Assembly: GCF_018977255.1 (NCBI RefSeq)
Contig: NW_024704743.1
Location: forward strand, 100,442,001-100,506,000
Direction of reading: 5' to 3'
Origin: Callorhinchus milii
Lineage: Eukaryota
Length of the DNA: 64,000 nucleotides
Positions 37,546-49,683 of the stretch are shown here, piece by piece. The notes under the pieces were generated by a model. That model did no database searches. It was given only the letters and a program-made list of their open reading frames with translations, and was not told where the DNA came from. Position numbers and translations under genes: made by a program. The first letter of the stretch is position 1, and every line of letters starts with the position of its first letter.

Positions 37546-38440
37546 CTTGCATCCAAGGCTGCACTCTCCACCTCTCAAAGCCAGTCAGGAACCTCGGCGT
37601 TTTGTTCGACCCTGAGCTGTCCTTTCTCCCTCACATCCGCACTACAACTGGCACCGCCTTCCATCACCTCCGGAACATCGCCAGACTACGGCACTACCTC
37701 ACCCCTCACGCTGCTGAAACCCTGGTCCACGCCTTTGTCACCTCAAGGCTGGACTATGGGAACTCTCTCCTCGCCGGCCTTCCCGGCACCTCCCTCCACA
37801 AGCTGCAGGTCATTCAGAACTCTGCAGCTCGTGTACTGTCCCGTACCAGGCTTCGCGACCACATCACTCCCACCCTCGCTCGCCTCCACTGGCTCCCCAT
37901 CCCCCAGAGGATTGATTTCAAGATCCTCATGCTCACCTACAAGGCCATTCACGGCTTTGCTCCCTCCTACCTCTCCAACCTACTATCCCCCTACCTACCT
38001 GCCCGTACCCTCCGTTCCTCTGGCTCTGGTCTGCTCCACGTCCCCCGCCCCAACCGCCCTACCATCGGTGGTCGGGCCTTCAGCCTCTCAGCCCCCAGGC
38101 TCTGGAACTCCATCCCCCAGTGCCTTCGCCTTGCTTCCTCCCTTTCCTCCTTCAAGGCCGGTCTCAAAACCTTTCTCTTTGACCGTGCCTTCAGCTCCCC
38201 TCTCGACTCTCTTCCCCTCCTCGCTTCCTCCCTTCCCTCCCTCACCCTGACCATTTCCCCCTCCTTGCTCCCTCCCTTCCCTCACCCTGACCATTTCCCC
38301 CCTCCTTGCTCCCTCCCTTCCCTCCCCTCACCCTGACCATTTCCCCCCTGCTCGGGTCATGACCCAACTGTGCAGCGCCTTGGGACGTCCTCCTGACGTG
38401 AAAGGCGCTTTATAAATGGAATCTTGTTGTTGTTGTTGTT
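37546..38440 (+). mobile_element. best-preserved L2 3' fragment (uninterrupted ORF2 C-terminus, 3' UTR, tail), TSD TTAAAT
   Basis: ORF 37602..38336 (LRNIARLR..LVHAFVTSRLDYGN..HITPTLARLHWLPI..GGRAFS..LKTFLF). Tail GCGCCTTGGGACGTCCTCCTGACGTGAAAGGCGC..(TTG)n. TTAAAT at 37540-37545 and 38439-38444. Confidence 0.96.
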
Positions 38441-39330
38441 AAATATGTTTAATAAAGTCATGGTCAAAGAGATATGTTTTGAGGAGGCTTGTGAAGGCAG
38501 GGAGAGAGGTTGTACTTCTTTAACTGTACTTTCGGTCATCTTTCCCTTCCCTACTCGCCTCAGCTCCCATCCCCAGCTTGGGTGCACGTGCTTTGAGACA
38601 TCCTGCTGGCGTGAAAGGTGCTATATAAATGTAAATTATATTGCGAACAAAGCGGTTTTGAACATTCTAGAAGACAGGGGCAAGGAGCTGAAGACTCGAC
38701 CTGTGAATATATTATATACAGGTGTGTATGTTAATTATAAAAAGTTTTCTGTAGTTTATGCAAATGTTCCTTGGTATATTTTTTCTCTGTTAGATACACA
38801 AACCCAACAGAAAAAGCAACTTCTGAAATAGGAGTGTTCTCCGCAATAGGCAACACTTGAGCAAAGATTTTGTTAGAGGCTAATACTAGTGTACCAGGTA
38901 CTGCAAAATAAGTCAATAATGTCTCTTTATCTCTTTGTGTCTATCAGAGATATTATCTGGTCCAGGCACAATTTCATTCTGTTGACTACCACTCAGCTTC
39001 ACATATTGATCAAAAGTTTTTCTTCTTTTGATTCTTTGTGTGTCAGAAATTCATTTGGTCCCATCTATAATGCAATCTTTGGCCTTTGGTGTTTTGATTC
39101 AAATAATTCTCCTTCAAGGCAAATGTTATTCGATCAAACCCCATTGTTTGCAGGTTATTCCCACATAAAAGTAGATGCAGTTTCACCAAGCTTTGAGACA
39201 GACATTGAAAAATAGGCGATGCTCTTATTATTATTTTTTAAATGTTCAATTTCAAATCATATGAATAATAAATGTAAACATTACAGAAGAATAGGATATA
39301 AGAATTATGAGAATGTTGCTCATATTTTTA

Positions 39331-39760
39331 TTGTCAGCTTCATTCAGCCGGTAGCACTCTCACCTCTGCATAGTAAGGTTGTGCGTTCAAGATTCACATC
39401 AGCTTTGAGCTCCCAGTCTAGGCTGATGCTTCAATGTGGTACAGCATCATCTGACGTGCTGTCATTCAGACGAAGCACTCTGAGACACCGTCCGGCGTGG
39501 AGGGTGCTATATAAATCTAAGTTGTCGTTGTTGTACCTGCCTGGTACAATGTCAATATTCAAAAAGTGAAAGGAATTTCTCCTGGTGTTCTTCCAGATAA
39601 AATTAACCATTCACTTCATGGCTATTTGTGGGACAATGTTGTGTGGAAAATGGTTGCTGCGTTCATCTACAATATACACAGTCACTATGTTCAGTAATAA
39701 TTACCTGTGAAGTGCTTTAATGTAGTATTTGCTGTATTAAATGCAAGAATTATTATTAGC
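39331..39760 (+). mobile_element. SINE B with a short (TTG)n-tailed insert at about 39470-39535
   Basis: Head gtagcactctcacctctg..gttcaag..gtctaggctga; body and tail continue after the insert. Confidence 0.75.
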
Positions 39761-39803
39761 AAACAACTTTAACTTGGTGTGCAAACAATTATACTCTTTA
39801 GAC

Positions 39804-39903
39804 AACAAAAACAGAGAGAGAACTGGGAAAACTCAGTAGGTCAGGCAGCATCGATGGAGAAAGGAAAGTGAGTCAACATTTCGGGTCCATGACCCTTCGT
39901 CAG
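39804..39903 (-). mobile_element. 100-bp Penelope-like terminal fragment with hammerhead core, 13-bp TSD
   Basis: ATACTCTTTAGAC at 39791-39803 and 39904-39916. The minus strand starts CTGACGA-A-GGGTC-ATG-GACCC-GAAA. Confidence 0.75.
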
Positions 39904-41198
39904 ATACTCTTTAGACTTCAGTATTAGTTAAGTCTGTTGAAGAAACTGAAGGAATGATCATTTGCTGGTCAATATTCACCTTGAATCAATCCTCCAAATT
40001 CCTAAACACTGCTAAATGTACCAAATTTTGGTGACTGAATTCTGCTAAGTCAATCTTCACTGAAAAAATTAACGACCTCGTCAAAGTGAGCTTGATTGTA
40101 GCTGTTTTCCCATTAAAGTTAAAACCACTAAAATAGATAAATATACCAACATGGAGTTTAGATATTTAATGAGGAGGGGAAAACACTTACTCAGTATTTT
40201 AAGGTGAGCAGGTTTGGCAATACTTTGATATACCCTACTGATACTGTGATGTATAATTCAGCAGAATAGAAGTGTAGTTGGGTTCACATGATCTTTTCAA
40301 ATGTCCCAAAGGTACTATGTTAGGGTTAATGATATCAGCGGGGAGTTCTTCCACATTCTCCAATGTACAACAACCCTACAGGAAACATTTTTTTTATGTG
40401 GGGCTATCAACTTGTAAGTGCCCTCTAAACAAACATTTTTCTTGACATACAAGACAGTTTGAACAATGCAAGGAGAATGTTTTTCTTCAATTCACCACTA
40501 TTGTCAGCCCCTATAGGTAATATAAATGTTATTCATGTCAGTGATTTATACTTAGGTCTCCTGAGAACAATGCGTCCTTCTGCTGGTTGTAATTCAAGGG
40601 ATTACTACCATTGAGTCTTTTTGATTGAAATATAGTCCATAGACTCAATGATGTAAGAAAACTCCCTGTAAGAACATCCTTGGTTGCAATGTATGGTAAT
40701 ATGTTAAGCAATGGGCACTTCATGACTGTTATACACAATCAGGAATCAAAGAGGCTGTTCAGGGTAGCTTTCATTCTACCCTGATTTGGTTGCTCTCACA
40801 TTTCTTCCTTGATATTCATGACTGATGCCATCTTGGGTATATAAAATTTCAGTTTGAAAAAATAACAACTTGATTAGCTGGCACTATGAGTTAAACCACT
40901 GACTTTTAACTTCTGAGACCTGAGTCAAGGCTGGGTTGCTGAAAGGAAGGTATTGTCTCCTTTAATGGTTGCTTGAAACGGTTACAAGTAATGATCCATC
41001 TTGATTGGTATTGGAATATGGGATGAAATGCTGACAAAGCACAAGGAACAATCAACTCAAGGTCACCTAGACATGTATAAAGTAGTGGTTGAATGTTCAT
41101 TAAAGCCATTGGTAGGAAAAAATGAGAGTAAGCACAATTGACTAATAGCATCTTAAGAGCTCATATGATACAGCTTATGATACAGTTAAGCAAATTGT

Positions 41199-41465
41199 TA
41201 ATAATAATAATTCTTGCATTTGATATAGCGCTTTTCACGTCGGGAGGACATCCCAAAGCGCTTCACAGAACACACTGTAAAGTGAATTGATTGTATATTT
41301 GTGGGCGAACGCGGCAGCCAATTTATTATTGTTTTTGGTTTTTGGAGGGATTATTATTAGGCGTGTGGAGTAAGGAAACTTGCCCAAGGTTTCGCCCTGC
41401 CTGGAATTGAACTCAGGTCTCTCACTTGCAAAGCGAATGCTCTAACCACTGAGCTACAGAACTCC
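41199..41465 (-). mobile_element. SINE A, youngest subfamily, with internal deletion
   Basis: Matches the 15893 copy but lacks the segment between two CCAATT hexamers. Confidence 0.93.
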
Positions 41466-41737
41466 ACAAGAATGTAACCTTACATTGCTGATTTCTAGCA
41501 ATTTGACTGCTCCTCTGTAGCACATGAGCAATCCCATTACAGTTCCCAGTGGACTGACGTCCCACAGCACAAAACTGGCCTCACAATTGATACAAAATTT
41601 TCAAAAGCACTTACAAGTGTGGGTTAACAGTTAAGAGTTTTATTATATGCACACACAAACACACACATAGACTCACATCAAAAACTGTTATGAGGTTAGA
41701 ATTAAGATTTAAGAGGAACTGTTGCTTCAAAAGAGAG

Positions 41738-42650
41738 AACAACAACAACAAGATTACATTTGTATAGCGCCTTTCACGTCGGGAGGACATCCCAAGACGC
41801 TGGACAGTGTACAGCATTTCAGACCCAAGCTGGGGTCAGGGGGGGAGAAGGGAGGGGAAGGGGGGTGACCAATGGCATGGTTGAAAATGAGGGTTTTCAA
41901 GCAGGACTTGAAGGAGGCTAAGGAGGGGGCGAGGCGGAGTGACTGGGCAATGGAGTTCCAGAGGTTGGGGGAAGAGTGGCTGAAGGCTCTCCCCCCAATG
42001 GTGGGGCGGGTGGGTCGGGGTACGTGAAGCAGGCCAGAGCCAGCTGAGCAGAGGGAGCGGGCAGGTTGGTAGGGGGTTAGGTGGTCACAGAGATAGGGTT
42101 GGACGAGATCATTGAGGACTTTGTAGGTGAGGACCAAGATTTTGAACTGGATCCTCTGAAGGATAGGGAGCCAATGGAGTCGGGCGAGAGTGGGGGAGAT
42201 GGGGTCACGGAGTTTGATGCGGGAGAGGACACGGGCTGCAGAGTTCTGGATTATCTGTAGCCAATGGAGGGAGGAGTTGGGAAGGCCGACAAGCAGGGCA
42301 TTTGCATAGTCGAGCCTGGAGGTGATGAAGGCATGAACAAGAGTTTCAGCGGCCTGAGGGGTGAGGTAGTGGCGGAGTCGGGTGATGTTACAGAGGTGAG
42401 GGGAGGCAGAGTGAGTCATAGCTTGGAGGTGGGGAAGAAAAGACAGTTGAGGGTCGAACAAGACACCTAGGTTCCTGACTGGCTGGTGAGTTGTAGTGAG
42501 CAACCATGGAGGTTTATGCTGCCAAAGCCTGAGGTGCTGAGGCGCTGGCGCGAGCCAATCGGGAGGGCCTCAGTCTTGTTCACATTCAACTGTTGGAAAT
42601 TTGCCCTCATCCAGGACTTGATGTCCGACAGGCAGTCTGTCAGGGAGTGC
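41738..42650 (-). mobile_element. L2 3' fragment
   Basis: ORFs 41754..42503 and 42467..42739 (CLSDIKSWMRAN, VRNLGVLFD, FITSRLDYANALL), plus the stem-loop and (TTG)n tail. Confidence 0.95.
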
Positions 42651-42932
42651 AGGAAAGGAATGTTTGCAATAACCTTACAAGAATATACTCTGACAATCTC
42701 AGATGACACGTAAAAGACAGGACAAGCAATGGAAGGCAACTTTCACATGAAACAGTATATTTCTGTTTGCACAAAGGATGCTGCTTCTTTGATGGGGGTT
42801 AAACAAAAAACAATGAATCTAGACTGGTTCCCATTCCTTCCAATACAAATAGAAATTACTTTAATCATTTAGAGCACTGACAGCTCATGACACAGCTCTT
42901 CTGACACATGGGTCACAAGGTGACACGAGAGT

Positions 42933-43337
42933 AGTCAGCCTGGCTCAGTTGGTAGCATTCTGGCCTCCGAATCAGAAGGTTGTGGGTTCAAGCCCCACAT
43001 TAGGCTTCAATCTGCAATTTCAAATTTGGTTATAAAGCCTTAGGTGCGGTTGCACTGCATGTGAGAGCTGCTATCCTTTAGATGCTATCTTAAACCAAAA
43101 CCTCATCAGGTGAACATTAAAGATGCCATAGCACTATTCGAAAAGAGAAGAGAATTTCTCCCAGGGTCCAACAATCAACCAAATAAAGTGGTCATTCATT
43201 TCACAGCTATTTGTGGGACACTGCCTTGAGCAAATTATCTGCCTTGTTCACCCACATAATATACAGTCTGCACACTTTGCAGTGCATTATGTGAAGCATT
43301 TTGAGGGATCCTCCCAATGCTTAAGGTACTAAACCAA
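42933..43337 (+). mobile_element. SINE B, near full length
   Basis: GTCAGCCTGGCTCAGTTGGTAGCA..TCAGAAGGTTGTGGGTTCAAGCCCCAC..GCACTATTCGAAAAGAGAAG..AAATGCAAGTATTATT. Confidence 0.85.
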
Positions 43338-45024
43338 ATGCAAGTATTATTATTATTCGGTACGTTACATCATATGACATCCCATAGTCAACTTAGTGCG
43401 TGACCTTCTCAAAAATGTATGAGGTTGGTCAAAATAAGTGAGACTTTTTGAATCAGTTATTTTATTGGGTTATTTTCACTCCCTCCTAATGTTTGTCAGT
43501 GCTTCACAAATCTCCTACATTATATTTTGAAATCCCCTGAAGAGCAGTTCATTCATCCCTGGGGATATTGTAAATAAAGCATGTTTCAAAGGGTTGGGCT
43601 GAATTCTCATTCAGTTTTCATTGTGGGAGAAGTGGGATGGTGCAACATTATGTAAAGCAAATGCAAGTTTTAATTTGAAAGCTTTTTTTTCCTACAGTTC
43701 TTAAATATAGGATTGGTTTCTAAATTACAACAGAATTTAAGATTTTTTTTCACAATTCTGTGTGTATTGAATGTTAGGGGACATGCTCTTGCAATCTAAG
43801 ACTAAGTGGAACTTCAGAGCTTTGGTGCTTAGAGCAACAGTAGTGAACACACTGAAGAATTCTAAAAGCCTTACTGCCCAAATTTAGCTTTACTCTCCTT
43901 AGTTTAGGATAAGGAGCAGTCATTTAAATTCCTACAGTTCTTCATTTCCTGCTCTCTAATTCCCTTTTGAATTTGGTGACACAATCTGTCTCCACCATTA
44001 CCCTAAATAGTATTCCACGATTCGCTGCTTTAATGATAATAATCAATAATTTAATAATTAAATTTGAACTGTAGATTTCTAGATAACTTGTAATGTTGCA
44101 TAATTTCAGAAGTGTACATATATTACTGGGAGAATATTACTGAATGAAAGCTGTCTTTCATTGTCGCTCATGTTAATGGGAGACATTAGCATGCATTCTG
44201 AACAGAATGCCTAAAAAAAATACATTTGCTCTTTTCATTCATTCCCTATACCGAAGCTGGTACATCCAGAATGTGGATCCAAACTGTGCATCAAGATTAA
44301 TATTTCTGGAGTAGAATTTTCAATTACAATTTATGAATTTTCTCACGAACCAACACCTATCTCCAAACCCAGAAAAACACCAAAAGAAAGATCTTATAAA
44401 GTGCCTCTAAAATATTTACTTGACTAAAAGAATGATAAGGAGCAGTGAAGACTATTCTGGTCTATAAGTTTAGAAAAAAATTAAATAATCCTATATTAGA
44501 CTCATCTCCCATAACCCTCAATTGAATTCACCATCAATCATCTACCTATCAAGAACTTGGTACAATCTATCACCATGAGTTCCCTGGCTGGTCTAATCCA
44601 AATAATAATGATTATATATCATTATATCAATTAAATATTGAACTGTTCATTCACCTTCCCTCTTCTGATCTCCAGCATTTGACCATATTAAATACTGCAA
44701 TATCCAAATAAATATTAAATCCTATTCCATTCTTAAATGTCATGCAATGGTCATAATCAAAACCTCATAGGATTATTTGGTGTGAGGAATATCTTATTTC
44801 GGATATTTCGAACCATATTCCTAATTTAAATGCTTTGCCATTTCCTGCACACAATCATGCATTTACAAACAACAATATAATTGTAAAGCAAACATTAGTT
44901 AAGTTCAACTATATATATGTGTGTCAATGTGCTTTCAGAAATCTAGCTAAGAATGGAAAAAGTAAAAGTAGCATAAAACATTCATTGGGCATGTAGGGCT
45001 ATTTTTCAGAGATAATTATTTGGG

Positions 45025-45157
45025 GAGGACAAGTTTGCAGGGCTACGGGAGAGAGCGGGGAAATGGGATTGGTTTGGGTAGCTCTTTCAAAGAGCCAGCA
45101 CAGACACAATGGGCTGAATGGCCTCCTTCTGTGCTGTATAATTCTTTGATTCTATGA
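45025..45157 (+). mobile_element. CR1 3' UTR and tail
   Basis: TTTGCAGGGCTACGGG..GAATGGCCTCCTTCTGTGCTGTATAATTCTTTGATTCTATGA. Confidence 0.88.
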
Positions 45158-45636
45158 TAAACTCAGCCCAGTCCAAAAGCACAACAGGACATTTAACATC
45201 GGTTAGCGGTGCTCAAATGTGGAACTCTGCAGCTCATGTTCTCTCCCGCACTAATCTCTGGCAGCCTATTATCCTCATTCTTGCCCAGTTTCACTGGCTT
45301 CCCATCCCCCAGTGTTCAAGATCCTTATCCTCACTTTTAAATCCTCTGTGACTTTCCAAACCCAACCAACTCACATGATCCCTCAGATTGGCAGGCATTA
45401 ATTCCATCATGCAAGAGTGGTCTTCAGGCGATGAAGCAAAACAATTTTAAAAATGTTACCAAGTGCTATATATTTTCTCAAAATTATATTATTTTCAACT
45501 GCAGAGAAACTGGATGCAAAATATAAACAAACATAGCAAATGGTGCTTAAATGAGTTTGTCCCACAAAATCTTTCACTCCCTCTTAATGACCTACCTACC
45601 TGAACAGAGTTGAGCAATCTTACTATATTTATTATT

Positions 45637-45999
45637 ATAATAATAATCCTTGCATTTGATATAGAGCTTTACACGTCTTCTAGACGTCTCAAAGCACTTC
45701 ACAGAATATACTGTATAGTGAGTTGACTGTGTATTTGTTGGTGAAATGTGGCAATTGCGCACAGCAGTGACCCACAAACAGTCGTGGATTGAGTGACCAA
45801 ATTATTATTACTTTTTGAGGGATTATTATCCCCAGAAAAGCGATCCGCCCATTGACAAACAGCCAGGTTCCTACTTACTGCTAGGTAAACAGAGGTGTGT
45901 GGAGTAAGGAAACATGATCAACATTTCGCCCTGCTGGGAATTGAACCCAGGTCTCTCGCTTGTGAGGCAAGTGCTCTGACCACTGAGCTACAGCACTCC
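45637..45999 (-). mobile_element. SINE A, long variant, full length
   Basis: Contains the approximately 60-nt segment cccagaaaagcgatcc..ttcctacttactgctaggtaaacag. Confidence 0.93.
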
Positions 46000-46224
46000 A
46001 CAGTTAAAAACATTTTAAAAACGTTTTGGGTTATAATCTCCTGTTACAATCACCTCCTGAAACCTGAAGTTTAATCTTAGGCCATTCTACTCAACTCTCT
46101 GGATTCTCAACCCATCCAATGCTTTAATAAAGTGCATATATTTAGTCTCCAGTCATTATCTACCCATATGTGCTCTGAGAAGAATTTCTACAATCATTCA
46201 GTTCGTTATCATAGAATCAAAGAA

Positions 46225-46638
46225 TTATTCTCACTGGAGCAGAGAAGGTTACGAGGAGACCTAATAGAGGTCTTCAAAATCATGAGGGGATTTGATAGGT
46301 TAGAAAAGAAAAAACTGTTTCCACTGGTGGGTGTGTCGGTGACTCGAGGTCACAGATTCAAAATAGCTTTTAAAAGAAGCAGAGGGGAGGTGAGAAGAAT
46401 TTTTTTCATGCAATGAGTTGTTCGAATCTGGAACGCATTGCCTGAAAGGGTGATCGAGGCCGATTCGATAACTACTTTTAAAAACGCGGTGGACGGGTAT
46501 TTGAGGAGGACGGGTTTGCAGGGTTATGGGGAAAGGGCTGGGGAGTGGGATTGACATTAATTCTCTATTCAAAGAGCCGGCACAGACTCGATGGCCGAAT
46601 GGCCTCTTTTTGGGCTGTACAATTCTATGATTCTATGA
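46225..46638 (+). mobile_element. CR1 3' fragment
   Basis: LFSLEQRRLRGDLIEVFKIMRGFD..TRGHRFK; tail ATTCTATGATTCTATGA. Confidence 0.93.
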
Positions 46639-47102
46639 ATTCAGAGAGCTTCTCCTCTCCACAAAAACACACTTACTACTGTGCACGACAGACAAATGTA
46701 CTGATCATCATTATAATATATATATAGTTGTTTTGCCAAGGGATGTTTTTTAAATTATTAATTTTCTTCACTGCTGCTTCTCCCTCACAGATGACTGAAG
46801 TAACAGACATATCCAAAGGGACTGCGATCACAAAAAGCTGCTCCTTAAAGCATGTTTTGCAAATCAACAGGCAGAGGTTTTACTGATACATTTTGAATCT
46901 GATTGTTTTCTTATGTAATTATGTTGACGATCTCTGTTCATTTGTGACTCACAAAAAGAGAAAGAGTTTCATTTTATAGGGTCTTGTCACGCTGAAATAT
47001 TTCAAAGCATTTTACAGTAATCACTATCATGTATGGTGATTGTCTTTGTGGGTAGATGTGGCAGTGATATTCCTACAGCCAGCACGTTCCTACAACTATG
47101 AG

Positions 47103-48362
47103 ATCATAGAATCATAGAATTATACAGCACAGAAGGAGGCCATTATGGAGTCCTGTAGCTCAGTGGTTAGAGGCATACGCCTTGCAAGCGAGAAACTTGG
47201 GTTCAATTCCCGACAGGGCGAAATGTTGGGCAAGTTTCCTTACTCCATATGCCTCTGTTTACCTAGCAGTAAGTAGGAACCCGGTTGTTAGTTGATTGGT
47301 GGATCGTTTTTCCAGGGGTAATAATTCCTTAAAAAAAATAAAAAGAAATTGGTTACTTCAATCCACGACTATTTGCAGGCCACTGCTGTACGCAATTGGC
47401 TGCCATGTTTCGCCCACAATATATACAGTCAATTTACTTTACAGTATATTCTGTGAAGCACTTTGAGACACTATATCAAATGCAGGCATTATTATTATTA
47501 TTTGGCCCATTGTGTCCATGCTGGCTGTCCAAATTAATCCCACTGCATGCGCTCTTCCCATAGCCCTGCAAATGTGTCCTCCCCAAAAACAACAACAAAA
47601 TTACATCTGTATGGAGCCTTTCATTGCAGTAGGAAGTCCCAGGTACTGGTCCCATGTCCACAAATATCTATCTACTTCTCTCTTGAACGTTGTCATCGAA
47701 TTGGCTTCCACCATCCTTTCAGGCAATGCATTCCAGATTCACAATTCGCTGTGTGAAAACATTTCTCCTCACCTCCCTTCTGGTTCTTTTGGCAGCTATT
47801 TTAAATCTGTGCCCTCTGGTTACCAACCCACCTGCCAGTGGAAGCAGTTTCTCCCTGTTCACCCTATCAAATCTCCTCATAACTTTGAACACCTCTATTA
47901 AATCTTCCCTTAACCTTCTCTGCTCCAAGAGAAATAACCCTAGCTTCTCTCTCCTCTCCTCATAACTGAAGTCCCTCATTCCTGGTACCATTCTGGTAAA
48001 TCTCCTTTGCACCCTCTCCAGGGCCTTGACATCCTTCCTAAAGTGTGATGCCCAGAACTGAACACAGTCTCTAGTTGAGGCATAAACAGTGTTTTATAAC
48101 GGTTCATCATAATCTTCTTACTTTTGTATTCTATGCCCCTATTTATAAGGCTGAGTATTCCATATGCTATTTTAACAGCTTTATCTACCTATCCTGCCAC
48201 CTTCAAAGATTTGCTTATGTGGACCCCAGGTCTCTCTGTTCCTGCACCCCCTTTAAGATTGTACCATGTACAATGTATTGCCTCTCCTCATTCTTCCTCC
48301 CAAAATGTATCACTTTGCATTTCTCCGCATTAAATGTCATCTGCCACATGTCTGCCCATTTC
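47103..48362 (-). mobile_element. CR1 3' fragment hosting a SINE A and an L2 tail
   Basis: ORF 47719..48012 (QRRFTRMVPG..EQRRLREDLIEVFK). Tail atcatagaatcatagaat at 47103. Collinear with 5535-6280 once the inserts are removed. Confidence 0.93.
47147..47502 (+). mobile_element. SINE A, long variant, nested in the CR1 3' UTR
   Basis: GGAGTCCTGTAGCTCAGTGG.. through to (ATT)n. Most of the 3' stem-loop is deleted (ctttgagaca|ctatatc). Confidence 0.93.
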
Positions 48363-48395
48363 AGACACGTGGCAGATGAATAACCCAACCCAATT

Positions 48396-48700
48396 GATAA
48401 TCCTTACAATAGATATAGTGCCTTCACATCATGAAACAATTTACAGGATAATTACTGTAAAGTGTGCAAAGTGATTGTATAATTTGTAGACATACAGTCA
48501 ACTTGCACACAATGCCCCAACAACAGTCATGAACTGAACAATTGTATCTCAGTGATTGTTGGCCAGGACAACAGGGAAATTGTATCATCAGATTTTTAAT
48601 ATTCACCTGAGTTGCCAAAGGGGATTTTGGTTTATTATCTCGCAATAGATTGGCACATCAGACAATGCAGCTCTAATGCAATGGAGAGTCTGCCTAGATT
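48396..48700 (-). mobile_element. SINE B, degenerate
   Basis: Tail, then tgttggccaggaca..ttaatattcacctga..gacaatgcag..gcctagatt. Confidence 0.7.
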
Positions 48701-49371
48701 AACACAGATGCTTATAATCTTCTATTAATGAATACATTTGATTTCCTTAAAATATACATGGAGACTATTGCAAATTCTCACATTTAAATGCATTTTATAT
48801 TTGCTGATTCAGACAATAAAACAATATAACTAAACTGACTGTTCACATTTAAGAAAAGCATTCAGGAATCTCACAGGATTTAAAGATTCTTCCCATTGCA
48901 AGAACATCTAAGAATTCTATCAACTCCAATAAATCTTTTCAACAAATTGTGCTTTTGAGCTATGTAGATACTGTATGACCACAAAATACTGTGTCAAGCC
49001 CCAGGGAAGTTAAGAGAGACAGCTGCTTTTGTTGGTCAGCGTGATTTTATCTAGCCATGAACATCAATTAGATCTAAAAACTCAACATTTAGCTACTTTA
49101 TATCTATTTCTAGCCCACAAAACTTTGTTCAAACCAAATCTTTTAGACACCTATTCCTTTAAATGAAATAATCCTATGCAATATGATACTATTTTCAGCA
49201 CCCTGACATTAATACAATATATTTTACATTCATATAATGCTTTCACATTGGGAGGACTTCTCAAAGTGCTCAAAAATGCTGGATTGGCACCCAACCTGGG
49301 GATGATGATGACTGAAAGCATAGTCAAAGAGGTAAATGCATTCAGAGGAACAATAAAGCTGATGACTTTGT

Positions 49372-49683
49372 GGAGTCCTGTAGCTCAGTGGTTAGAGCAC
49401 TTGCTTTGCAAGCGAGAGACCTGGGTTCGATTCCCGGCAGGGCGAAACCTTGGGCAAGTTTCCTTATTCCACACACCTGATAATAATCCCTCAAAACAAA
49501 TAAAAAAGTTGGTCACTTCAATCTGCAACTGTTTGTGGGACACTGCTGTGCGCAATTGGCTGTTGCATTTCGCCCACAAATATACTGTTAATTCACTTTA
49601 CAGTATATTCTGTGAAGCGCTTTCAGACATCTAGAAGACGTGAAAAGTGCTATATCAAATGCAAGGATTATTATTATTATTAT
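49372..49683 (+). mobile_element. SINE A, short variant, full length
   Basis: A-box TAGCTCAGTGG, anticodon-like loop TTTGCAA, B-box GGTTCGATTCC, (ATT)n tail. TTTGT on both flanks. Confidence 0.95.

Noticed and set aside
37602..38336. 244-aa ORF as a host or domesticated gene
   Set aside because: It is the C-terminus of a 5'-truncated L2 ORF2, with a non-ATG start and no catalytic domains.
38880..39210. Possible degraded DNA-transposase remnant on the minus strand (RIKRRKTFDQY)
   Set aside because: One short basic motif among many stops, which is not enough without a profile search.
49372..49446. tRNA-Ala gene (and similar heads in other copies)
   Set aside because: The cloverleaf-like sequence always continues into the same SINE body and tail, so these are SINE heads and not tRNA genes.
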